This document shows, in pieces, positions 1 to 56,900 of a DNA stretch of 64,000 nt. Made by a program: the position numbers and the translations under genes. Below the pieces are notes generated by a model that worked only from the letters and a program-made list of their open reading frames with translations, had not been told where the DNA came from and made no database searches. Position 1 is the first letter of the stretch. The number at the start of each line of letters is the position of its first letter. Source of the DNA: Phoronis australis (lineage: Eukaryota > Animalia > Phoronida); assembly GCA_002633005.1 (NCBI GenBank), contig NMRA01000789.1, forward strand, positions 62,001 to 126,000, in the 5' to 3' direction.

Positions 1-124
1 ATTAGGAAAAGTTTCGAGAGAATCATCCTCTATCTGAGTTTTTACAAGTGTGGTCAAAGTTTTAACAGGCTGGTGTTGCTTCCCTATTCCACCTGATGTT
101 CATCTTTTGTATTTCATATTTCAG

Positions 125-224
125 ACTTTACTGACTATCTCTAGTAACATGCTGCTCATTGGTGTGGGCGATCAAGAGTTCGCTTCACAGCTGGCCGGCT
201 TCACTAGTACCCTTCTGGACAAAG
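125..224 (+). CDS. NCAPG2: NCAPG2 exon (TLLTISSNMLLIGVGDQEFASQLAGFTSTLLDK)
   Basis: tttcag acceptor, G|gtatga donor, 100 nt, phase 0 to 1. Confidence 0.85.
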
Positions 225-3200
225 GTATGAATAATAATTTATACCTGTATATAGTGCTCCCCCTTGGTCCACTTTCGTATGAGAGCTGTCAAATAATAAG
301 ACTCGTGATTTTTTTGAAAAAGATTTAAAATTGCAGAAAATGAAAACAAAATGATAAAACTTAGAAAACTGTTACAGCAGCGTATTTATCTTGAACATCC
401 ATATTGAACAAAATTTGGCCATGTTGTTTTGATATGATGGAACCTTTTTTTGTTAAATTTTGTAAAAAGGACATGGTCACTTGACCCAATCAGTTGCATT
501 GCTATAAATTCTACATTTTTTAGTTATTTCGTTGAATGCTAATACTTACTGTAAGTGTATCTGAAATATACTTGCATAGACTATAAAATGTTAAAACGTT
601 GTTATGTGAATTCACTCTGTCGATTCTGTTAGGTTAACTGGCTGTGACATCTGATTTGTGCTTGATGTGGACTTCCTTCTTGCAAACCAATCAGATATCT
701 TAAGCTGGCTGAACCAGCGTGATGAATCAAGTGCAGCCCCTTAAGGCACCTTTACGCCAGTTGAGTCAAATTATTTCAGTGATAACCTTTTCCACCTCGT
801 ATCATGTGACAAAGTTGAAATCGTTGACGAGACGCAACTAATAAAGTGAAACCAATTATTGTTGAAACTTACCAACATCACCCCCTGAAGTATGTCATCT
901 GTTACCTGCTGTCTCTGTCAACAATTTTGTTGAAACACTTTGCTGAGTATTGAACAGTGACCTCAAGCTGTAGCGATTTGTATTCACATTGACTAAACTG
1001 GGCTCAAATTGTCACAGTGATTTGATCGTCCATGTGAAAGCGTGTGTGCTTCTGATTTTTCATTTTCATTTTTTTCAAAAGCTGTATTGTTCTGGGTTGA
1101 AGTAGGTATTGAAAACAAGCCATTGTGTTGCTCAATGGTATTATTATGATATAATATAAATACCATAAGATGGAACATTTCACTTATGGTCAAATGTTTT
1201 TCCTAGCAAAGTTGATTATTGTCATTCATTGTAGATCATGGTGGTCAATTGCTCCCTCTTGTGACAGAAGTGTTGTACCAAATTTCTGAATTGACACTTG
1301 TCAATAAAACTGAGGCCGACGAGGGAGTGGGTTCCCATGACGACCTGGTGCCAGGCATGCTGGGTAATGTGATCAGACGTCTGGCAACACTTATACAAAA
1401 AGACTTCACACAAGTTGATAAGGTAGGTAAAGTAATTTTACAAATAAAGTGGACGAAGTCAATAAAATTCAGATTTCAATTTGGGCCAAATCTTGACAGG
1501 TGTTGCTCCATGATATCTTCTTTACAAGTTCAATTTTCAAATAAACAATTAGCAGCTAGGCCCTATGTCACATTATTAAACTCCATCCAATGTTCGACAT
1601 TATATTGTAAAAAAGTTCTACTAATTGCCAAATTACTCCGACGAGATTTCTCCCAAGTTTGGCAGAATCTAGCAGAGTCCTGTTGAAGTCTATCTAGTTT
1701 ATTTTAAAAAGTACTGTATATGTGATGTTGAGCATATTATTTGCGAAAAATCAGAGCATCCATAAAGTTAAATTTGTATTTTTAAAGGTTAGTTTGATTT
1801 GGACCCAATCATGTAATAAAGGTTTTGTTTTACTTTATAATCTCTTTTTGAAGTACAAAGCATAATTGATAACACACACATAAACACATTCACAAACATA
1901 CACTCATTGATATGTGGATGCATGCAAACATTCATAATACATTGTATAACTAATTTTCTTTTATTGTATACTGCACACAGTGTCGTTTATGTAGCTCTGG
2001 TTAAAGCAAAGATTAACAATTTTGCGTGCTGTGTTGAAGGTCCTGGCTTCAGTCAAACCAGCTATAAGTGGTGTCCTGCAGATGTACTATCAGCGCCATT
2101 GTGTGGATATGTGTGAAGATCGCCATGGTATAATGGGTACGATCATGTCAGCAACACTGGCGGAGATGTCTAATGCTGTTCATCAGGTCAGTGTTAATAT
2201 TACTTAAATATTATAATTATTTTGTTCCTATAGTTGTCTGTGATGTGCTGTCAAGGTCTGTGATATTAGCCTTATGGCAAATGTTAAATTTGTAGTGACT
2301 GTTGTAAAACTGACTTAAATAAACCTTGCGAACATTAGACATAGTTTATGATAATTGTTAGTAATAGTTAAAGGAGCCTGCCACCTAAAAAACAACATAA
2401 TTTGTATCAATTTAGATCGAGTGGTTCAACTCGAGAACGGCACGTACGGTTGCATTACCTGATGGCAGACGGAGGTGTTGAAATTATCCAAATGAGGTTG
2501 TTTTTTGGGTGGCATGCTCCTTTAAAATTATGATGATGATATTACTGCTAATGTTATGATTATTTTTATTGATATTATTACTGTTATATTTAGTCACTAC
2601 ATCATCATGCAGGCCATGGATCCATCCACACTCTGTTCTCGTCAACAGAGTCTAACCACAAGTCACGTTATTGGAATGTCTGACGAATGTTTTTAGATGT
2701 CAGATTAAGCATCTGCTTTGCCTTATGATTGGACAACTTGTGAATGCTTTGCCTTCTGATTGGACAGCTTATGAACGCTTTGCCTTCTGATTGAATGGCT
2801 TGTGAATGCTATGCCTTCTGATTGGACGGCTTGTGAATGCTTTGCTTTCTGATTGCCTTGGACAGCTTGTGAATGATTTGCCTTCTGATTGGACAACCTG
2901 TGAAGGTTTTGCCTTCTGACTGGACGGCTTGTGAATGCTTTGCCTTCTGATTGGACAGGTTGTGAACGCTTTGCCTTCTGTTTGGACGGCTTGTGAATGC
3001 TTTGCCTTCTGATTGGACGGCTTGTGAATGCTTTGCTTTCTGATTGGACGACTTGTGAATGTATGCCTTCTGATTGGATGGCTTGTGAATGCTGTATCAT
3101 AAAAAATAATTGCAGGCTGTCTGATACACGTTTTACCAGACTCTTGCATGTGGACCCATTCCACTGATCACCTGGAACCATTTTTGTGCTTTATTAATAA

Positions 3201-6031
3201 TATATAACTAAAACCGAGCTGAGGAGCTAGAAACCTGACTCAAGGGTCTAACAGTGTGTCCCAGTGGGACTCGAACCCATGACCTTGAGAAAAGAAAACG
3301 GGCACCTATCACACTAGGCCACACTGCCTCCTCTGGAATGCTGTATTAGACCTAGTGGTGGGATACTCACTCAGTGTAGCCAAATCCTCAGCCACAGCAC
3401 CACCAGCCTGCCTTGTGTATCCAGTCATGTGTTATCTGTGATCCTCTTGTGTTACAGGAAACAAAAGCTGAAGAGTATACCAATGTTATCTGTGATCCTC
3501 TTGTGTTACAGCAAACAAAAGCTGAAGAGTATACCAATGTTATCTGTGATCCTCTTGTGTTACAGCAAACAAAAGCTGAAGAGTATACCAATGTTATCTG
3601 TGATCCTCTTGTGTTACAGCAAACAAAAGCTGAAGAGTATACCAATGTTTCTGCTCTGCCAAAGTTAACCAGTTGCTTGCTGAGTATAATTATCAAGAAA
3701 AATACTTTACTGAGGTGAGGAGTTTTCCAATTTTAAATATCTAAGATTTGTCTATCTCTTATATTTCTAGTAAGATAATGTTGTGTTGATACAAATAGTT
3801 GAAGAATTAATTGCGACGGAATTTCATTTTTTCGCTATTGTGGAAGCAATTAGTGCAACCCTTGTCTTCATTGATGATGCATTTTCTGTAGTATTCTAGG
3901 AAGTATTTTAATGGTTATATAGTTCTACTATTGGAAACTCAGTTCAAACATTTCTTAGTAATTCTTATTCGGAATGCTTGTGACAAGAAGTTTGTGCCAT
4001 CATAAATTTTTATGTTTATGCAAAAGTTTGCTCAGAAAAATCTATATTTACAAATGTTTGTGAACTTAGATGCTGAATAAAATGTGGTTATTCGTTGTGG
4101 ATAATGTTCATGTATTACTGTTTCATGTGACTTGTGTATAGTCATGCTAGAGCGAAATAAGAATCTGAACATGAAAAAAATTGTGCCGTCGTAAACCTAT
4201 ATATGTTGGCGTTTTCGTCTTATTTTAACGGAATTTTATGTTTGTAATCTATTATGCACTTCAATTTCTTGATCACGCCCTTAGATATTTTTCACTTTTT
4301 GTAGTTCTTTCACTAACGAGCTTAACGAGTGTGTCACATCAGGTGTACTGGAAGGCACTTCCTCATACCTGGCGGTTCTACACATCATCAACACAATCAG
4401 TAAAGGTAAGAGGACCAGTGGGATTTTTAGCTGAGATGTCTCTCCCACGGTCACAAGCTACGGGGCCTTCAGCCCTAAGCTCTGAATGTGCACAACACTT
4501 CGCTGTCAGGAAGTATTGTACAAGACAAGACAAAAGTAATCGGATAAAATACGGTTTTCGTGTCACGACGGCTAATTCTGTGAACAGCAAAATGACTACT
4601 ACGGGGGAAATTGTAATTGCAGCATGGCTTAGCCACGTTACTAACTGTCTTGTTAATTCCCTTTCATTCTCAGTCACAAGGGGAGACAATTCTGACGACA
4701 AATTTGACTTCTGCCCAACTGTCATGACGGGTAATTCCGGGTCATTTTTGTATGAATATTTGTGGCTTGTGCTGTACACGATCTTGTTGTTTCACTAATT
4801 TGTGTACTGGTTTTATACTCTCATTTTGTCAACTCTCTTAATGTGGACGTACACCATTCAAATTACAAACATTTTAAGTCGTTTCTGCATGCCCCCTTTA
4901 CATATATATTAATATAATTTTAAATTATTTAGCGTTTCCACGATAATTTTGACAGTCAGATGAATTTAGATGAAATTCGAGTTTTTTTTTTAATACTACT
5001 GTGCTATGTAAATGTCTTGATAGTTTTCACACTAGTATAAGTACTGTTCTTATTGCTGTGTAGTAACTTACAAGAATATTGAAAAAGCTTCCAAATTCTA
5101 TCTCTCGACCATGAGTAGAAACTTGTTCATCAGCACCACCTAGTGGATTTCAAGATCCTCATGACATGTTATGTCTTCCAGTAAAACCAACTGCTCATGG
5201 TCTCAAGGACTGTATTCTATCGGTCCAGACACATATTGAATCCATCACAGACACGGAGTCCAAAGATGCCAGTGAAATGTAAGGTCTTGTGTCTTTATTT
5301 TCTAATCTATTCTTATACTGCTTGAGTACTAGATGTCCATTTTTCTAAAGTTTAGTAATTTGATACTGACCACAGCAAAATTCCAATTAAATGTTTTGGT
5401 AAAAGTGCAGGTAGTTTTGAGTCAGGATCTACACATTTTTTCTCCAATTGTGTTAAATATAGACACATGTGCCTAGCCTTCTCTTACAGACGCAGGTAGT
5501 TATTTCTTGCATATTTTGAACTGGGTGTTATTAGCGCATTTTGTCTAATCTTGATACTTTTGATTTCATAATTAGTATTAAAATAAGTACACATCGGCAT
5601 CTAACATTTTGTAACGGACCAGTAAAGTTTCATAAACAAAATAAATTTCCTCTTTGGTTTAACTCCAGTAGTTCACACATGGCGTATGCGCATATATGAG
5701 TACAGCTTCACAGATAGGCGCATGGGTCTCAATAGGCACAAATATGATAAAGCAGGCCAGTAATTGTGTTGGTAAACTGAAAGTGCAAAGAACAATTTAT
5801 TTTTTTTAGATCTGAGTCGGACCAAAAAAATCAGGAACTGCTATACATAAACTGAATCCCGAACTATTTCAGTCTATCGGTCATTACGGGGGAATTTTGT
5901 GTCGTCATGCCAATACCCATTCTTCTTCCACTACTAATCAAAACTAATTTATTTCATTTTCCAGCCTCAGATACGAGTCTAGCAAGAAGCTGATCAATGC
6001 CTGCAGTCAAACGCTGGGGATGGTGATATAG
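125..6031 (+). CDS. NCAPG2: Condensin-2 complex subunit G2 (CAP-G2), 3' seven coding exons: join(125-224,1235-1422,2040-2186,3620-3714,4305-4405,5182-5278,5965-6031); 5' part lies upstream of window
   Basis: All introns are GT-AG and phases are consistent through to TAG at 6029-6031. The spliced peptide (TLLTISSNMLLIGVGDQEF...RHGIMGTIMSATLAEMS...SALPKLTSCLLSIIIKK...SFTNELNECVTSG...LRYESSKKL) is colinear with the vertebrate NCAPG2 C-terminus as I recall it (TYLTVCKDVVMVGLGDHQF...HRGVLSTLIAGPVVEIS...SDLPPFSRCLIGIIIKS...SFLDELKACVASN...LYESSSRTL). Confidence 0.88.
1235..1422 (+). CDS. NCAPG2: NCAPG2 exon (DHGGQLLPLVTEVLYQISE...QKDFTQVDK)
   Basis: ttgtag acceptor, AAG|gtaggt donor, 188 nt, phase 1 to 0. 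Confidence 0.85.
2040..2186 (+). CDS. NCAPG2: NCAPG2 exon (VLASVKPAISGVLQMYYQRH...EMSNAVHQ)
   Basis: ttgaag acceptor, CAG|gtcagt donor, 147 nt, phase 0 to 0. Confidence 0.85.
2372..2521. mobile_element. MITE with TTAA target duplication (Kolobok-like)
   Basis: TTAA-AGGAGCCTGCCACCTAAAAAACAAC ... GTTGTTTTTTGGGTGGCATGCTCCT-TTAA. Confidence 0.8.
2714..3093. repeat. 31-bp minisatellite, about 12 copies (GCCTTCTGATTGGACGGCTTGTGAATGCTTT)
   Basis: Direct inspection; explains ORFs 2723..3181 and 2769..3164. Confidence 0.92.
3258..3332 (-). mobile_element. tRNA-derived SINE head; same family at about 43350-43418
   Basis: AGGAGGCAG..TGGCCTAGTG (A box) ... AAGGTCATGGGTTCGAGTCCCA (B box); both copies share the AGGAGGCAG start and B box. 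Confidence 0.6.
3430..3648. repeat. 54-bp tandem repeat x4 spanning an NCAPG2 intron/exon boundary
   Basis: Unit TGTTATCTGTGATCCTCTTGTGTTACAG|CAAACAAAAGCTGAAGAGTATACCAA. Confidence 0.95.
3620..3714 (+). CDS. NCAPG2: NCAPG2 exon (QTKAEEYTNVSALPKLTSCLLSIIIKKNTLL); alternative in-frame starts at 3458, 3512, 3566
   Basis: ttacag acceptor repeated four times 54 nt apart; AG|gtgagg donor; phase 0 to 2. Confidence 0.8.
4305..4405 (+). CDS. NCAPG2: NCAPG2 exon (SFTNELNECVTSGVLEGTSSYLAVLHIINTISK)
   Basis: tttttgtag acceptor, AAAG|gtaaga donor, 101 nt, phase 2 to 1; frame differs from ORF-track ORF 4238..4798. Confidence 0.85.
5182..5278 (+). CDS. NCAPG2: NCAPG2 exon (VKPTAHGLKDCILSVQTHIESITDTESKDASE)
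   Basis: cttccag acceptor, AT|gtaagg donor, 97 nt, phase 1 to 2. Confidence 0.78.
5965..6031 (+). CDS. NCAPG2: NCAPG2 terminal coding exon (ILRYESSKKLINACSQTLGMVI*)
   Basis: ttttccag acceptor, phase 2 start, TAG stop 6029-6031; YESS motif recalls the vertebrate C-terminus. Confidence 0.82.
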
Positions 6032-8281
6032 ACCGACAAACTTGAGATGTGATAGGCCGAGTGTTGAAGCCATAGTTGCACTCCCGCTCTGTGTTTAGCA
6101 GTAATTATAGTAATTATGTTAGCCACAAGAGGCCACTAGTACACTGTCAAATTATTACGTTACCATAGAAACCCCTATTACTGTCTTTATACATTCTGTG
6201 CCAACCTATCTGGTTTTCTCCAGAAGAGAATTTGTGAATGTATCTAAAAATTTGGAACTTAGTTTCTACCAGAGGAACACGGCAGTGGTGATGCTATGAC
6301 TGTAACTTATAACAACTAATTGTGACATAATTAGATTATTTTTATGAAAGGTTAGTGGTACTGTTCATTACGGACAAAGAAATACGTACTACCTCGCTTG
6401 CGGACTCATAAAGGCAACGACTTGTCTGAGTGACGTATTCCTGATCGAAGAAAGGCGACAACTGATGCACGTAGCACGAAGTGGTCCTATCCCTTTATGC
6501 AAAAAGTAAAAAGGGGACGTAAGTTTTGTACCTTATTGGTATATATTGCGAGAATGGTGGCATTCTCCTGTTTATACATAACGCTGTAATGTGTGCATTT
6601 TGTGAAAGACAACGTGTCTTGTATCTTAAAAGATTTATTGCTTTTTTTTACCCTTGACAGGATAAAAAAGGAAAACTTTGGCAAAAATCAACCAGACAAG
6701 CAGCTCTCAAATAAATAATATACAATACACACTATATACATGAATGGTTCTGAGTTATACATGTTTAATGCACTCGAATTATTGAATTATGCAAAACCAA
6801 CAGGGGTAAAGAGTTGACAAAATCTAAATACAGACAAATTCGAAAATAGTACAAAAAATCAGAATGCACAGACTTGTACTGACAGAATCAACCTTGGGAA
6901 AAATTAAACTGTTCAACCAATTCCCACTCATAAACTATTTGCAACTTCTTCATGACTAAGGAAATATTGCAGATCTAATCAAAATGATGCTGTTTTAGGA
7001 AGGTGAACACACTTCTTCAAAATAAATGCCCACAGTTTGTGAATATAAAACCAAACAACCTAATACTACAATTACTACCAGCCATCAACACGAAACCTGA
7101 ATTTAAATTTTTGATATTGCTATTCATTTCTTAATTTACACATTTCACGCTTGTGCTCATGATTTGTAGAGAATTGGCATATTAAATTGGTCCTACTCAA
7201 ATAAATAACCACGACACACCTTTGTGCAATTCAGCAACACAACAATAGTCTCAATACCAAAGGTCCTGCCAACAACAGTCTCAATACCAAAGGTACTGCC
7301 AACAACTTGTTTCTTAAACCCAACAGCATGTTACTCAAATCATTGCATTTATTTGATGTTCTACTGAAAGGTTTTAACTGTAAGCAATTCACAAAGCTTG
7401 TTAGTGTACACAATTGGAGACAGTTCACACTGAGTTTAGTAATTTCAACTGTGTTGGTTACACAAACTAGTTCTGAGTCTACTCCAGTATCACACAGAAA
7501 GCACCCAAGTCATCTCCATGATTTTGCTTTCACTTTAAGTGAATAGAAATCAGATGAAAACCTAATACACTTATTGAAGGGACACTACTCAGATGAATAC
7601 CTAATACACTTATTGAAGGGACACTACTCAGCCCCACACAGCCCATCATTACGACAGTCAAGGAATAGATGTTATACATCAACACGTGCATGGGAGATCT
7701 TACAATCAGTCAAACCTTAGTAATTGGTTGCTTATCTCTACATTTCTCCATTGCCACATTTTCAATTCTTACGTTCTCTACATTTAGCAGTGTTAAATGT
7801 TTCAGTGAGGAGTTCAAATCGGACTTTGAACATTGCCCATTGTAGATATTTATTATCAAACACCTGTCTTGTTTCATCAGTTTTTCCATCATTGGCTTGT
7901 ACCATCCTTTCAGAAGGCATATAGGGCTCATCACTTGCTCCTTGACCACTGTGTAGTGCACGCCTTCAGTATGAAACAACCGTGCATGACTCCCCCTTTG
8001 GATATAGCCAAGAACAGTGCTTAATACTATACAATACACCCTCATTAAAGAGTTGTCGCAATGTCTGTCTGGCACACTAAACCCATGAACACCATGGTAT
8101 CATAGAAACTTTTTGATAACAGCTGCATGTCTCGCTGCTTGAACACAGCACAGTTCATGTCTTCAGCGTCATAGAGCTGATTGGATAACAGGTGCATAAC
8201 TTCTGCTTGAACACAGCACCGTTCATGCATTCAGTGTCATAAATTTGCCCCGTGAACTCCACACGGAGAACACCTTCATCA

Positions 8282-53937
<45,656 letters not shown>

Positions 53938-56900
53938 GTCTGCTGTGGGGCCTAGGGCATCATGGAACTCTGAAAGGCAAAACAAAGTGCGTTAAGAAAC
54001 CATTGGCACACAAAAACAAAATTCCGTGTTTTTCTAAGAAAGATATCAACTCCATGTGCTTGTTTTAACAAGGCGGTGCGCCCTCATTGAATTCTTCTGA
54101 CATTCTTGGCAGGAAACATAATATAATACAAATTAGAAGTAGCATGGAATTGAACCCACTAGCTCTGCAGTAACAGCCGAGTGCCTTGCTGCTCAGCCAA
54201 ATCACACACAGAACATTTGTTTAATTGGTACACATTCCAGCCTTAATTTCAGTGAAAGTCTGGCACACAACAGCAATAATGTGTAACAGCTCTGGTCAAA
54301 CTAATAACTTCAAGAATTCTATCCATACAACATTAATACCAATAATTTGTTTTGCATCCCTAAAAATCGATAACGTCCCTTTACTTCACAAGGACTGCAT
54401 GAACTTGTATGGAACCGATGAATTCTATTCTGTAATTTATGAATTATATCCCATAATCCAACATTTCGTCCTCGCTGAACAATCACTTCAGCTGCCTCGA
54501 TTTTGCTGAGTAACACCAATAAAGCCTATTCCATAATACTTGCATAAATCCCTTAATTTTCCCTTGCCTTGTATGACCTCACTTTCCTACCGCGAAACCT
54601 GGTGTAAGGAATGCTAGAATGCTACCTCTGATTAATTCTTCCAACAAATGCAGGACGCAGTTGATACGGTAACAGGATAAACACATACAGCTCAGAACAC
54701 ACCAGGTATTCATCCATTAAAAAACCCCTGAAACTCAACCAGTCAAAAACACAACCCCCCCCCCTCTGGATCTAAGATCAGAACAGTGATGGGTCAACCC
54801 AGCACAGGGTGGTTAAGCCATTAACATCAAACCATGGAAAGAATATGGTGGATAGATGGAGAGACTAATTGAATTAATGAGTTCAGTAGGGGTTAGTGCC
54901 TACCAGAGTTCTATAACATATAGACCAACGTATCCATGTACCCTCTTTGCCCTTCAGTGTTCTATATAGACCAACGTACCCATGTACCCTCTTTGCCCTT
55001 CAGAATACATGGGGACTGTTTGTGCATGGCAACAGGTGCTAATGAACCAGCTGGGGGTGAACCTTGGACACTGCGCTGATTGACCATTCAATATTTTTAT
55101 CTCAACTAATGGAACTATTCAGCATGACATTATAGCAGCAGAGAATTGGAACTTCATTTTGTCAAATTTTTCATTCAAAATAAGCAAAAAGATAAATTTG
55201 ACTGAGATGTTTGCATCAACGTACAAGTCAGACTTTGGAAAAAAGTACAAATAACAGTTTTGGTGATCACTTTCGAGAAAAGTAGCTGAATTATGTAAAT
55301 GCCACTCACTGCCTATTGCATGTCTTGTAACAAAGTCACTTTGCATAACATGTTGCGTAATTCCTCTTTTTACAGCCATTTTGACAGAGTGTAACTTGCA
55401 ACTAGGTAGAGTACACTCCATCTCCCTAAGGAACTTTACAAAAAACAATAAAAAATGAACGGGCAAGCAAGCAAACCTCGTGTTAACAAAACATCTGCCA
55501 GCCTACCAAAAAGTGATACATCAGCTATTTAATCAAAAAATGCAATCTTTGAAGAGGAATATCAGCCTGAGGTTCATGAGAACTTCATAAAACATCAGCT
55601 AACCCAGATACTTGGAATACAAATATGAGAGATGTCGAATCTTATCTCAAGTATACTATAATATCACATTCACCAACACTAGCCAGCCTACTGGTGCTCA
55701 CAGCTGCGCTTGCAATGTATGTTTTTCAGGGCAAACTAGATAATCTCAAAAGTCAACAAATCTCCAAAAACCAAACAAGGAAATGAGAAGATATTTCAGC
55801 TATGTTTTGGTATGCGGTGACCACCAAACACAAAACTGAGGACAATTCAGCGGACCTAAAAATTTGGATGGGGGGGGGGGCAACCACAATTTTAACTGGA
55901 AAATGTCCAACTAGCCCAGTATACTGACAGCGTTGGACCTTATATAGGTCGGTCTGTACTTTCTCTTTACAGCTTGATGTACACTCACCTATGCTCTCTG
56001 TACAATTTCCGAACTTCTCATAAGCAGTTGTTAAACAAATTGCCAATAGACATTACAAACAAAACAAGTTAAAAAATAGTAGCTGTATTTTGAGAGCACA
56101 CGTCTCAACCTCAGGCACTTGGTAAAATGAATGTTGGGGAAACAAAACAGTGAAATGAACAGTGACAGCAGGTAGAAGGACATACAAGCAGAGAGTGTGA
56201 ATGCAACACATGCAAGGAAGGACACAAGCCTAACGAAACAGAGCCAGCGTGTGGTACACACCCGTGAGCTGCTCAGTCAGCACAGGTTTTTCATGACTGA
56301 TCAAAATCTTGAACCGAAATGGGTCATTGTCTACATAGCAAATAATGGTATTATCTACTATTTCTTTCCCAGCTATTTTCCGGCCATATTGATGCTGAAT
56401 GGACCTAGCCCGTGAATACATGGACGACACATTGAGCCGACTACCATTGGTTGTGCAATTGAACTTTAACTAGGATACTCTTGAACTGTAAGCTACAAAT
56501 CCATGTACCTACATCTGACACAGGTCAAGGCAGCATTATCAGACAGCAAAGAGACATGTTTCTAATAAACCCAAGGTGCTTCGAATGCCAAAGGACTGCA
56601 TTCTGCATAGTAAATTTCTGGTAAGAAAAGCGAGATTGTACACAAGTCTTCGTGAGATATTGCCATGCATGAGAACAACAAAAGTACGTGACCCAGTTGA
56701 CGTGATCACACTAGATTTACTCGCGATCCGAGCGAGCTTCTTGCACCTTCCGCGACATGGAGCCAATCTTTAGTAGCGCGTTACACCAAGAATAACAAGT
56801 CATAAAGCTACGACTGTTTCAAGACCTGAATAAGTATAATTACCACCTCACATTGTAACTTACTTCTCACCCCCCTTGGGTTAGACCCTTTCATAACAGT

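Noticed and set aside
4238-4798. 186-aa and 133-aa ORFs
   Set aside because: The real exon 4305-4405 is in another frame. The rest includes a dispersed repeat, also at about 13290-13350 and 17720-17785 in the opposite orientation, which explains the shared PVMTVGQK peptide.
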